Shown here: positions 1-8,862 of the stretch, one piece after another
How positions within the stretch are numbered: position 1 is the first letter of the stretch
Layout: each line of letters begins with the position of its first letter
Origin: a virus
Taxonomy: Duplodnaviria; Caudoviricetes
Reading direction: 5' to 3' (one strand)
Length of the DNA: 31,660 bases
IMG/VR virus record: IMGVR_UViG_3300037286_000238
Coordinates: 1-31,660 of that record
Program-made: the position numbers and the translations under genes
The notes under the pieces: model-generated
Told to the model about the DNA's origin: nothing
The model's database searches: none
Seen by the model: the letters and a program-made list of their open reading frames with translations, nothing else

Positions 1-210
1 TTAATCCAATCCGTTCGGATCATAATATTCAAAAAGTTCACCACAAATTTTACACTTACATTTACGAGCTATTACAATATTATGTAATGAGTTTACAGAA
101 TGAGTTTCCTCAATCGTGCGTAAATGCTGTTTACATTTATGCTGTGGAATAATTTCAGATTTTACAAACTCATTAAAGAGCAGCTGTAAATCGTTGTTTG
201 AATATGTCAT
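1..210 (-). CDS. Small hypothetical protein, possible Zn-binding (CKCKICG)
   Basis: 69-aa ORF with an AAGGAG RBS about 5 nt upstream of the ATG and a CxxC motif. Confidence 0.65.
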   Translation of the reverse strand: MTYSNNDLQLLFNEFVKSEIIPQHKCKQHLRTIEETHSVNSLHNIVIARKCKCKICGELFEYYDPNGLD

Positions 211-264
211 CTTATCTCCTTTAGTTTAATGAATACTTAATAGGGCGCACTACCCCCAAAAAAC

Positions 265-700
265 AGTTTTGCCCCGTAGCTACTGCACAAAACGATTTAC
301 TGAGTGAAGGCAAGTTGAAAAGTAATGCCGAGAGTGGAACGGTGGTATTATCTTTTTGACTTGCCCGTGTTAAGTAAGAATGAGAATAATGGTTTTATGA
401 AAAGGGAAGGTTAAGACGGCAAACGTATATTGTGAAAAGGGGCAAAACTATTTGAAAGGTGGAACACACAGCTAAAGAAAAAAAATGCCTGTGGAACGAA
501 TATCAAAAAGTGCAAATTTTGCAATGAGTGGAACAGGTATTTTTTGGATTGAAGGTTAAAGGGTTGGCGGTAGCAAATCCTTTTAACGCCAAAACAGATT
601 GAAAAAAATTAGCCTGTGTAGCGACATCAAGTGCGAAACTTGCCAAAATAAAAATTATAACTGCGAGCACTTTTAGTTGCGGAACAGGTTTATTTTTTTA
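265..700 (+). other. Large nested-hairpin non-coding element with repeated GTGGAAC motifs
   Basis: Inverted repeats at 265-275/439-449 (11 bp perfect), 309-315/359-365 (extends inward with G:T pairs) and 481-492/533-544. GTGGAAC at 334, 459, 491 and 528; GCGGAAC at 679. Confidence 0.5.
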
Positions 701-702
701 TG

Positions 703-711
703 TGATATAGT
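703..711 (+). promoter_or_regulatory. Extended -10 promoter (TGnTATAGT) for candidate sRNA
   Basis: TGATATAGT lies immediately upstream of a hairpin-plus-terminator unit. Confidence 0.4.
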
Positions 712-717
712 AATTTT

Positions 718-800
718 TGATATGTTGTTAGAAAGAAGACCTCCCCCAAGCTTCAATTTAACAACAGGCCCTGATGCTTCGGTATCAGGGTTTCTTTTTT
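718..800 (+). ncRNA. Candidate sRNA of about 80 nt with a C-rich (CCUCC) loop and intrinsic terminator
   Basis: Stem 723-730/759-766, inner GAAG/CTTC stem, loop ACCTCCCCCAAG, then the terminator hairpin 769-790. Confidence 0.45.
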
Positions 801-802
801 TT
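769..802 (+). terminator. Rho-independent terminator with C(UUCG)G tetraloop
   Basis: CCCTGATGC-TTCG-GTATCAGGG followed by TTTCTTTTTTTT. Confidence 0.8.
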
Positions 803-1108
803 CTCCCTGCCACAATCACCTTTACCAGTGAAGTTAATTGGTTTTGGATTTTCTTTGATATGATTGGCTTTGATCATTTCTTTGATAATAAAATTGAAAT
901 GCCGTTTATCATCAAAGCAATAACCACAAGGGCAGTTGAGTTCTTCTAACTGTTTTAATCTAAAAATAATATCCGCATAAAGATATATCCAATAATCTTT
1001 ATCATTTGCTGCTATTGATCTATTGAATAGACGAGATTTAAAGTTTTTCTTTTCCATACTATACAAATGTATGGTAATTTTTAATAAAATGATAATTGCT
1101 TGAACCAA
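785..1108 (-). CDS. Hypothetical protein (true start may be the ATG of MEKKNF)
   Basis: 107-aa ORF containing CxCxxC; no family recognised. Confidence 0.45.
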   Translation of the reverse strand: MVQAIIILLKITIHLYSMEKKNFKSRLFNRSIAANDKDYWIYLYADIIFRLKQLEELNCPCGYCFDDKRHFNFIIKEMIKANHIKENPKPINFTGKGDCGREKKKKP

Positions 1109-1328
1109 TAAAAATAGTAGTTGGCAAAATTAACTAATGCTTTTATCAATAATATTTATAATTTTAATTATGCAATTAGTTGCATTACTACAGTTTTAAC
1201 TTTTTGTACATTATTACAAGTTTAAAAGTCCACCAGCAATGGAAAACACAAAGCACTAAGGATTTATGGTCTAGCGAAGATTTTTTTAATTTGCCAATAC
1301 AATTACTGAGGATTGTCTGAACAGGATA

Positions 1329-1844
1329 TTGAGAAAATATAATAAAGAGGATAGGTTAAGATTGATCAGGGCTTGTTTAGGTAAAGATCAATTTTATACT
1401 TTTGATGACAAATTTAATATTGACCTGATTGCACTATACACTAATAATGTTATTGAGACGCTTGGGAATTATTCCTTTGCTAACCCTATTAGGTCTATAG
1501 ATGATTCTTTAATCTATTTTAAACCGATGAAAGACCATATAAATAGAGAGGGTAGAGTTTATAGTGAAATAAAATATGCAACGCACTTCATTACTATGGG
1601 AAAAAATTTACGAAAGTTTGACTATTCAAAGTACCGTGAATTGCCTAATCTCCTTGATAGTATTTTAAATGCTGAATGGAAAATAGACATTGCAGAAGAT
1701 GGTATTAACAAGCGACATATTGTAAAACCAACTAAAATAAATAGGAACATGGTGGTTGTTTGTTATGCAAATCCGACTGCCCAAAATTATTATAGGGTTG
1801 TTACTATTTTACCACATAGGAGAGATAATCGTATTTTAAAATGA
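1329..1844 (+). CDS. Hypothetical protein, possibly a BECR/PBECR-fold (Barnase-EndoU-ColicinE5/D-RelE-like) ribonuclease
   Basis: 171 aa, basic. The HFIT...RKFDY...ILN segment followed by short beta-strands ending YYRVVTILP resembles BECR-fold toxins. By-eye resemblance only. Confidence 0.4.
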   Translation: MRKYNKEDRLRLIRACLGKDQFYTFDDKFNIDLIALYTNNVIETLGNYSFANPIRSIDDSLIYFKPMKDHINREGRVYSEIKYATHFITMGKNLRKFDYSKYRELPNLLDSILNAEWKIDIAEDGINKRHIVKPTKINRNMVVVCYANPTAQNYYRVVTILPHRRDNRILK

Positions 1845-1867
1845 AAACCCCCATATCACTATGGGGG
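1844..1867 (-). terminator. Intrinsic terminator (may act bidirectionally)
   Basis: CCCCCATA-4 nt-TATGGGGG perfect 8-bp stem, with TTTT following on the - strand. Confidence 0.7.
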
Positions 1868-1950
1868 CAAAGCCACACGTACTTAGCGACTCCACACTAA
1901 ATACGTCATCTAAAAACATAAAACTGAAGTCATTCGTTTTTAGACTCACC
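1845..1950 (-). ncRNA. Candidate three-hairpin sRNA of about 105 nt, convergent on the 171-aa gene
   Basis: Stems at 1909-1917/1936-1944, 1877-1888/1895-1906 (both mismatches are G:U only on the - strand) and 1848-1855/1860-1867 followed by a U tract. TTGACA (1981-1976)-16 nt-TATTTT lies upstream on the - strand. Confidence 0.55.
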
Positions 1951-2098
1951 GTAAAAATACAAATTATTTGAAAAATGTCAAGTACATTTGTAATAAAAAT
2001 GCTTGACACTTGAATATAATCGTTGATTTTTTGAAGAATTTTAACCTTTAAAGCAAAAAATATAATTTAGAACACTAATAAGTAACTAATTAAAATGT

Positions 2099-2314
2099 AT
2101 GCCAAGTATAAAACGAGGTGCTTATGCCAGATCGTACGGATACGCAATATTTGGAGAAATTGCAAATACATTAAGAGGCATTAAGCTTGTTATACAAGAC
2201 TTAAAAAGCACAGTTGAAGCACTTCACGAAATTTTGATTGATAGATACAGGAATGTTGAACTTTTTACATCTGATACAAGAGATTTTTTGGAAAAAATAG
2301 AAGCCAAACGATAG
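2099..2314 (+). CDS. Small hypothetical protein
   Basis: 71-aa ATG ORF with helical character; no family recognised. Confidence 0.45.
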   Translation: MPSIKRGAYARSYGYAIFGEIANTLRGIKLVIQDLKSTVEALHEILIDRYRNVELFTSDTRDFLEKIEAKR

Positions 2315-2534
2315 TTTTATTTTTTAACCCCTCTATTGCTTTTAGCAAAAGTGTAAAAGACTCTTTAAAGCTTTTATCTTTTAATAGATTAATGATGTCT
2401 TGAATAAGTTCAGAGTTTACCATAATCTAGCCATATTGATTTTTTTGTAAATATTTTTTTTACTTGATGCCTGAAAAGGTAGGTTAGGACACTACATATA
2501 GACTGAGACCAATAAAAATTACTGTATCACGAAT

Positions 2535-3920
2535 TTAATTGTTAGATAATAGATATGGATAGCCACTATTTTTTGTTGAATCTATTGCCCAGGTGTTTGT
2601 GAAATCCCAACCGATAAAAGTGTTTATGACTTTGAGTTGTGCACTTGTGCGTGGTGCGGGGTACTGTGATGCTGAATATCTTACGGAGCCGTAAACTGTG
2701 TTTGGTTCTGCGAAGTTTGTAATATCACAAAAGTTTAATGTGCTATCGATGGCTTGAGCTGTTGTTGTTGAATTATCTTCGGAATAAAATCCACCACTTT
2801 GATTTGCACCGAGGCATTCATTATTAGCTGCATAATTTTCTTGAAATGTATGAATGTTATTTACACTTGTGTAACCGAAAATACCACCCCAACCCCAAGG
2901 AAAATTATTAGGACTACCGCCGTTTCCAAAATCAGCTTTGTTTGAATGTGAGTAATTATATCTGAAAGTTGAAGCCGGAGAAGATATTATGCCAATCAAA
3001 CCACCGCCAACATTTGTTCTAATTGTGTAGCCGACCCTTGAATAAAAATAGTTGTTACGAGAAATATTGTACTCAAATTGATAAGCGTAACTACCGCCTA
3101 AGTATCCAACTATACCACCGATGGCGTGACCTGAATTAGGCGTAATCCCCGAAGCAAAAATTAGTGAGTCATTTTCAACTAAACAATTTTTAATAAGGCT
3201 GGAATTATTTGGTGAACCGGTTTCAAATCTGCCAACCAAAAAACCATAATAAGATTGACTTGGATAAGAAGATGGATTACCTGAAAAATTAAGTGTTGAA
3301 TTTCTGATTGTGATATTTGTGAGCCTTGTGCTGCTGTTATAGGATATATGAGCAATTAAAATTGAGCCGCACGTATATGTGCCACTTTGATTAACAGAAG
3401 ATGAAAGATGAATTTTGAATCCATCAATAATTAAATCTTTAATGATAACAATACCGTTACTTCCTCTGCCCATAAACATACCGAGGGAAGTTGCGGATGA
3501 AGAAGATGAATAAACAGATAATGTTTGTTTCATACCTGAAAGAATGTGGTTTTTACCATCTAAAGAAAATGTACCTGAATTGGCATCATAAGGTATTGGA
3601 ACAAATTCGGAGATTGATGATAAATCGATATTGTTTGCGAGTTCATAGTATTTATTGTTTAATCCGAGATAACGAATGCTATCGACATCCTGAGCATCAT
3701 AGAGGACGTATGGATCGATTGAAGTGCCGTTACCTGTAATGTGTTTTGGTGCGTTGTTCTTTGTGCGTAGACCAAGCGCTGTGTGTTTGTATGGCTGGAT
3801 AGAATGAATGGTTGGACTGGTTAATGATTGAGCAAATGAAAGTTCCCCAAAGGGACAAGGAAGATCAAGTGTAAGTGCAAGTGAAAATAAAATTAAGCTA
3901 CAGATAATTACAAATTTCAT
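2535..3920 (-). CDS. Secreted/surface beta-helix protein, GLUG-motif adhesin-like family
   Basis: N-terminal signal peptide; GNGTSIDPY...YYELANNIDLS N-cap; repeated (I/V)GG(I/L)(V/I)G motifs; C-terminal GWDFTNTW...GYPYL. Confidence 0.75.
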   Translation of the reverse strand: MKFVIICSLILFSLALTLDLPCPFGELSFAQSLTSPTIHSIQPYKHTALGLRTKNNAPKHITGNGTSIDPYVLYDAQDVDSIRYLGLNNKYYELANNIDLSSISEFVPIPYDANSGTFSLDGKNHILSGMKQTLSVYSSSSSATSLGMFMGRGSNGIVIIKDLIIDGFKIHLSSSVNQSGTYTCGSILIAHISYNSSTRLTNITIRNSTLNFSGNPSSYPSQSYYGFLVGRFETGSPNNSSLIKNCLVENDSLIFASGITPNSGHAIGGIVGYLGGSYAYQFEYNISRNNYFYSRVGYTIRTNVGGGLIGIISSPASTFRYNYSHSNKADFGNGGSPNNFPWGWGGIFGYTSVNNIHTFQENYAANNECLGANQSGGFYSEDNSTTTAQAIDSTLNFCDITNFAEPNTVYGSVRYSASQYPAPRTSAQLKVINTFIGWDFTNTWAIDSTKNSGYPYLLSNN

Positions 3921-4301
3921 CTAACGACCTTCTAAAATTATTCTGATGTTTGCATCTGTAGAGACTGCTTTGAAATAGTAGTCATCAAATAAAATTGCAT
4001 CTCTTTGGATTGAGGTATATGATTCGTTTGCTTTGAGTGTGAATGTTTTAATTGCCTCAAAGTCTTTTGATGAAGACATTTGAATATCTGCATCCGTTGT
4101 GATTGTTAGTGTGTACCAATACTTAAAATAAGTTGATGGCTGACCTGCACAAATATTTTGTAATGAATCGGTTGCTGTTGTTAAGGCCTTGGAATTTGCA
4201 ATTGATGAAACTGCACCGATGGTTTGCGAAGAAATCCCTTGCGGGAATAAAAAGATTGAAAGATTAAAAGATATAAAGATTGTTATGAATATTAATTTCA
4301 T
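3921..4301 (-). CDS. Hypothetical protein with signal peptide, beta-rich
   Basis: MKLIFITIFISF... hydrophobic leader. Its stop directly abuts the next ATG, suggesting coupling. Confidence 0.7.
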   Translation of the reverse strand: MKLIFITIFISFNLSIFLFPQGISSQTIGAVSSIANSKALTTATDSLQNICAGQPSTYFKYWYTLTITTDADIQMSSSKDFEAIKTFTLKANESYTSIQRDAILFDDYYFKAVSTDANIRIILEGR

Positions 4302-4320
4302 TGCGTTACCTTTAAAAATA

Positions 4321-4344
4321 GATTCCCGCTTCCGCGGGAATGAC
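4321..4344. repeat. Palindromic repeat GATTCCCGCTTCCGCGGGAATGAC (dRS3/RPE-like, ATTCCC-N8-GGGAAT)
   Basis: Exact match to the ATTCCC-N8-GGGAAT pattern; intergenic. Confidence 0.8.
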
Positions 4345-4353
4345 GTTAAGTGA

Positions 4354-4689
4354 TTAAGATAAAAGAATACGGATTAACTGACCTGCAGATAACGCACCAT
4401 CCATTGCATAGCCTTCTAAAGCACCTGAAGTTAATGGAGCTGCCATACCATCATCAAATGATTCTATAGCACTGCCAATAGTTATTGGACCACCTGCAGC
4501 TATAAGAGCAATGCCTTTTACTGTTACAGGTGCCATTTCACCCTGGTTGGTATCCGCATTAACAACACCAAGAGATTTTGCACCTTCTAAACCATAAGTA
4601 CCATCAAAACCGATGAAACGATTTTTTAGTATTTGGCCAGCCTCTTTGCATTGGACTGATGTTATTAAAATGGGTTGTTCGGTTAACAT
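4354..4689 (-). CDS. DUF2190-family capsid cement/decoration protein
   Basis: 111 aa, Gly/Ala-rich: RFIGFDG, SLGV, GEMAPVTVKGIA, AGGPITIG, GYAMDGA...GQLIRILL. Lies in the head operon. Confidence 0.8.
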   Translation of the reverse strand: MLTEQPILITSVQCKEAGQILKNRFIGFDGTYGLEGAKSLGVVNADTNQGEMAPVTVKGIALIAAGGPITIGSAIESFDDGMAAPLTSGALEGYAMDGALSAGQLIRILLS

Positions 4690-4895
4690 TATTTACTCCT
4701 TATTTTGTTTTTTGTGCTTAGTGCTTTGTTGTTTAATAGTGACGAGTGATCAGTAATTAGTGAAGAGTCTTTTACTTCATCTAAATACTTAGAAAGCTGT
4801 AAGGCTTCCTGATCATCGAGTCCAATTGTACTGCCTTCCGGAATTACTTTACCATTAAGCATTATATCTGTGTTTTTGATTGTGTATTGTTTCAT
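4689..4895 (-). CDS. Small phage head-region protein
   Basis: YTIK..I..NGK.IPEG.TI.L...EA.QL pattern typical of small ORFs following Mu-like capsid genes; TAATG overlap with the next gene. Confidence 0.65.
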   Translation of the reverse strand: MKQYTIKNTDIMLNGKVIPEGSTIGLDDQEALQLSKYLDEVKDSSLITDHSSLLNNKALSTKNKIRSK

Positions 4896-4900
4896 TTCTA

Positions 4901-4935
4901 CCTCACCCTTACCCTCTCCTTTTAAAGGAGAGGGA
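4901..4935. repeat. CCTCACC...CCCTCTCC-N-GGAGAGGG palindromic repeat, copy 1 (may serve as terminator after the capsid gene)
   Basis: Hairpin at 4912-4934; a related copy is at 31175-31213. Confidence 0.75.
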
Positions 4936-4944
4936 ATCGGATTA

Positions 4945-5868
4945 CTATGCGTTTGTATCGTTGATTAAATAACCTGCATCTGAGCCAACAACTTTAGGAA
5001 TGAAAATATCTGTGTTACGGATAATTTCTACTTTGCCGCCCTCGGTGTATGAATCAACAACAGGATTGTTTTTCTTTCTTAGTGTGTATGCGAATGCCGG
5101 TTCGTAATATGAACGCGGTGAATCTGCATTAGCTTTTGGTACATACGCGATTACTACGTTATCAGACCAAATATCTGTGAATACACCCGCATCAGTTGAA
5201 TAAACAGAATCCCCGATATATATCTCATCAAAGTCCAAAAGACTTTTAAGAAGCTGTGGTGTCATTACTGCTGTTTGTGTGTATTTAATTCTATCCAAGA
5301 TTGCAGGATGGTTTTTAAGTGCATTGTAAGCTGAGGCACCGATAACACAAACATTAGGTCGCTGAGCAATCTTTGCTCTGACTGCTTCTTTAGCTGCATC
5401 AAAAACCGTGAATGGATTTGAAGAAGAGTTTGTGAATTTATCACCTGCGGCAAGAGTAACTTTATTGCCTGTTGGATAAGTAGTAAGGTTCTGTGCAATA
5501 TCGGCAGCAAGTTTTTCCAGGCGCAATGATATTCCATCAGTAACCACGTTGGTGGCGTGAAGACGTAAAGGAAGTATATCTTCTTCCTGTTCGCGATAAT
5601 CGATTGGATATTCAAGATCGTGTTCTGTAAGTACAAAATCTATCTCATCCCTATTTTCAGGATTGATACGATTTGATTTTGCTCTGATTGCTCTTTCTGT
5701 GTTGTAAATCTTGAAAGCTTCCTTAGTGAACTGTGGAATTTTTCCGCCTTCTTTATTTACAGAAACGATAGGAAAAAGATTTGTTGCAACGTGCGAAGCA
5801 TTTTTGAATCCGCGAGCAATGTTAGTAAGAACAGGATCTACGACTCTTTTCTTTTGTAATGTGCTCAT
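4945..5868 (-). CDS. Major capsid protein (HK97 fold, Mu-like/lambda gpE-related family)
   Basis: 307 aa; VVDPVLTNIARG N-terminus, RPN..VIG...Y.ALKNHP.I, PAFAYT and GYLI C-terminus; directly downstream of the protease; GGAG RBS. Confidence 0.88.
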   Translation of the reverse strand: MSTLQKKRVVDPVLTNIARGFKNASHVATNLFPIVSVNKEGGKIPQFTKEAFKIYNTERAIRAKSNRINPENRDEIDFVLTEHDLEYPIDYREQEEDILPLRLHATNVVTDGISLRLEKLAADIAQNLTTYPTGNKVTLAAGDKFTNSSSNPFTVFDAAKEAVRAKIAQRPNVCVIGASAYNALKNHPAILDRIKYTQTAVMTPQLLKSLLDFDEIYIGDSVYSTDAGVFTDIWSDNVVIAYVPKANADSPRSYYEPAFAYTLRKKNNPVVDSYTEGGKVEIIRNTDIFIPKVVGSDAGYLINDTNA

Positions 5869-5882
5869 TTATAACTCCCAAG

Positions 5883-6893
5883 TTATTTATTTGTTAATGA
5901 TAATTTTTTTACTGCACTTAGGTAAGTGATGTTTTCTTTTTTTGACAAAGCAAGAGCTTTGTTATGTAATGCTTTTGATTCTGCATCAACAGAATAATTT
6001 GCAAATTCATCTGTTAGTTTATCTGCTTCAAACTCAGGCTTTTCAGCAAAGTTTTCATAATAGATGACTTTAGGAAATGAATTAACTAAATCTGTTAACA
6101 AAACATTTAAGTCTTTGTTGAATTTATCTTGACTAAAGTTTTCGCTAAAGTTTTGTGCTTCTGCGAAGTTAGAAACAGCAAGAAGTTTATCTTTAATAGC
6201 CGGAGTAAGAGAGCCTACACCCAGTTTGTTTTCTAACAGGCTCTCAAACTCTGACTTAGTGATTTTAGATTTTAAGGAATTGATCTCTGTTGATAGAAGA
6301 TTAAACTTACTTTGTAACTCTGCATTTTGATTTTCAGAAAAGTTATTGTTCAATTGTTTAATTTTTTCATTGATGCTGTTTAATTGAGACTGGATTGAAT
6401 TGAAATTATTATTTTTGTTTTGATCCTGAAACGAGTCCAGGACTAAAGGTTCAAGATCAAGTTCAGGTTCAAGCGGTTTATCTTCTAAATCAAATTCTAT
6501 TATTGTTGAAGAAGGTTGGGAGAATTGTATATCTGCTAAACCTTTAACAGCAGGAGCGGCACCACCAAGAAAACCAACGTGTCTAAGTTTACCTTCCGGA
6601 GTTAATGAGATACTTCGTTTTTTATATCTACCTTCCTGGACTGCAGAAAGAAAATCGGGATGAAGTTTTTCATCCGGTGCATCTGCAACGAGCTTACCGT
6701 CTTCTGTGACTTCCAAAGAAGATACCCAGCCATAAGCAGGTGAATTATCTATAGGATGACCTATAACAATTGGTGCTTCATCTTCATCGGGTTTATAAGA
6801 TTGTGCGATAAAATTGAGATCGTCAAGGGAGTATTCTTTTTGAATGCCCTTATCTGAGGTGTGTGAACCTGTTTTGAATATTTCAAATTTCAT
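5883..6893 (-). CDS. Mu gpI-like prohead protease with C-terminal scaffold region
   Basis: FEIFKTG.H, APIVIGHP, PAYGWV, YKKRSISL and LRHVGFLG..PAVKGL motifs; coiled-coil C-terminal half. Confidence 0.9.
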   Translation of the reverse strand: MKFEIFKTGSHTSDKGIQKEYSLDDLNFIAQSYKPDEDEAPIVIGHPIDNSPAYGWVSSLEVTEDGKLVADAPDEKLHPDFLSAVQEGRYKKRSISLTPEGKLRHVGFLGGAAPAVKGLADIQFSQPSSTIIEFDLEDKPLEPELDLEPLVLDSFQDQNKNNNFNSIQSQLNSINEKIKQLNNNFSENQNAELQSKFNLLSTEINSLKSKITKSEFESLLENKLGVGSLTPAIKDKLLAVSNFAEAQNFSENFSQDKFNKDLNVLLTDLVNSFPKVIYYENFAEKPEFEADKLTDEFANYSVDAESKALHNKALALSKKENITYLSAVKKLSLTNK

Positions 6894-7094
6894 TGAAAAA
6901 TGCCCTCATTTAGTGTTTTTAATATTTACACATACAAATGTATGCCTCTACTGTAATTTAAGGATTTAACTTGATAAAGTCAAGTAAAAATCGTATATTA
7001 TATTAGATAGTAAGGATTATTTTTATAATAACCTTATTTAATTAGGTAATAATGCGAAATTGAACAAAAATAAAGCTTTTCAAAAAGTGCTTAA
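6894..7094. promoter_or_regulatory. Divergent promoter region between the capsid and packaging operons, with palindrome ACTTGA-N5-TCAAGT (6969-6985)
   Basis: AT-rich 200-bp gap between divergent ATGs; the dyad is seen directly. Confidence 0.55.
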
Positions 7095-7463
7095 ATGGGA
7101 GAAAATAAGATGAGGGCTAAAAAGGACATATCAATAGAAAAGCAGGTTGAAAAACTTGCATCATACGGACTAACAAACAAAGAAATAGCTGAAGCTTTGG
7201 GATTTGACGATTCTACCCTGAAAAGGAAATTTGAGAATTTTCTGACAAAAGGTAAGGCTAACCTTAAACAACGATTAAAACGAAAACAGATTGATGTGGC
7301 TCTTGCCGGAAATGTAAGTATGCTTATCTGGTTGGGAAAGAACTATCTGGGGCAAGCGGATAAGTTAGATGAGAATGGTGACTTTGAAATTGTGATAAAT
7401 AGAAAGACGATAGATGAGAGAAGTGAGACGAAAGAGGAAAAAACAGTAGGCAATAGCCAGTAA
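7095..7463 (+). CDS. terS: Terminase small subunit (HTH)
   Basis: N-terminal HTH (GLTNKEIAEALGFDDSTL), GNVSMLIWLGKNYLGQ motif, directly upstream of terL. Confidence 0.8.
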   Translation: MGENKMRAKKDISIEKQVEKLASYGLTNKEIAEALGFDDSTLKRKFENFLTKGKANLKQRLKRKQIDVALAGNVSMLIWLGKNYLGQADKLDENGDFEIVINRKTIDERSETKEEKTVGNSQ

Positions 7464-7482
7464 GCGGTAGGCAAACAAAACA

Positions 7483-8805
7483 ATGAAGAAACAAATAGGA
7501 TTGGATATTAGTTATCATTCAAAACAGAAAGAGATTTTTAATAGTGAAGCACGTTTTAAGGTTATTGCCAAAGGCAGGCGTTTTGGTTTAACCCGTGGTT
7601 TTGCAAATTATGTAATTGAACAGATGCTTAATGATGTTTCGCCAATTCTTTGGGTGGATACTATTTACGGAAACATTGAGCGTTATGTAGAAAGATATTT
7701 TGTGCCTGTGCTAAAAGGACTACCAAAAAACTATTGGAAGTATCGGGGTAATAGGAATGAATTGAGAATTGGTAAATCTGTTTGTGATTTTAGAAGTGCA
7801 GACAACCCCGAAAATATTGAGGGGTTTGGTTATGCACTTATTGTTGTTAATGAGGCTGGAATAGTTTTAAAGAATAGAAGCCTTTGGAATGAAAGTATTC
7901 TACCTATGATTTTAGATTATAAAGCTAATGTGCTTATTGGCGGAACGCCAAAAGGGAAGAGTGTTAAACGGACAAATGAGAAACATCTCTTCTACGAACT
8001 CTATGGCAGAGGGCAGTCCGCCGATGGCGGAGCAGAGAGCGAAGCGCAATGCGATTGGCGAAGTTTTAATTATTCATCTTATGATAATCCTTTGCTTGAT
8101 CCAAATGATATTGATGAACTGGTTAAACAGATTTCACCTGCATTAAGGGACCAAGAGATTTATGGAAAGTTTATTGATAAGGAAAGCAGCGGAATAATTA
8201 AAAATACCTGGTGGAAGTTTTATGAAAATGAAAATGATATTTATAGGCAACAAGTTTTTAAGAAAGTTCAAAGCTGGGATACTGCTTTTAAGAAAAATCA
8301 GGAAAATGATTATTCGGTTTGTACAACTTGGGTTTATACTAACACTGGTTTTTATCTAATTGATGTTTGGCGTGGGCGAGTTGAATTTCCAGAGCTTAAG
8401 CGAAAAGTAGTTGAGCTTGCGAAACTACATACGGTTAATGAAATACTAATTGAAGATAAAGCGAGTGGACAAAGTTTGATACAGGAGTTACAACGAAATA
8501 CTATACTGCCAATTAAAGCAATTAAAGTTGAGAATGATAAAATAGCGAGGGTACATAGTGTTACTCCTTTGATTGAATCCGGGAAAGTTTACTTGCCAAA
8601 AGAAGCGCATTGGTTAAAAGGGTACTTAGATGAGATGGAAGAATTTCCAAACGGTGAGTTTGATGATACTGTGGATTCTGTTTCTCAGTTTTTGAATGCA
8701 ATGAAAGTTACACGAACACCGGACTTGAAAGAGATTGTGCATCTGGAGCGTGGCAGAATAAAAAGTAAGTATTGGCGGTATTCTAAAGTAGGCAATAGAC
8801 AGTAA
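7483..8805 (+). CDS. terL: Terminase large subunit
   Basis: Q motif (HSKQ), Walker A-like GRRFGLT, Walker B-like VVNEA, GTPKG, and RNase H-like nuclease motifs SWDTA, DYSV, IEDKASG and DDTVDS. Confidence 0.93.
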   Translation: MKKQIGLDISYHSKQKEIFNSEARFKVIAKGRRFGLTRGFANYVIEQMLNDVSPILWVDTIYGNIERYVERYFVPVLKGLPKNYWKYRGNRNELRIGKSVCDFRSADNPENIEGFGYALIVVNEAGIVLKNRSLWNESILPMILDYKANVLIGGTPKGKSVKRTNEKHLFYELYGRGQSADGGAESEAQCDWRSFNYSSYDNPLLDPNDIDELVKQISPALRDQEIYGKFIDKESSGIIKNTWWKFYENENDIYRQQVFKKVQSWDTAFKKNQENDYSVCTTWVYTNTGFYLIDVWRGRVEFPELKRKVVELAKLHTVNEILIEDKASGQSLIQELQRNTILPIKAIKVENDKIARVHSVTPLIESGKVYLPKEAHWLKGYLDEMEEFPNGEFDDTVDSVSQFLNAMKVTRTPDLKEIVHLERGRIKSKYWRYSKVGNRQ

Positions 8806-8862
8806 GCAAAATAAATTTACAATTTAGAATTTATAATGTAGAATGAAAGCAAGAGGAATTAA

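Noticed and set aside
265-700. CRISPR array or integron attC array suggested by the repeated GTGGAAC
   Set aside because: The repeats are only 7 nt and irregularly spaced. There are no cas genes, no cassette-bounded RYYYAAC/GTTRRRY pattern, and the recombinase lacks an evident IntI insertion.
677-949. 90-aa + strand ORF
   Set aside because: TTG start without an RBS, runs through a strong terminator, and is antisense to another ORF.
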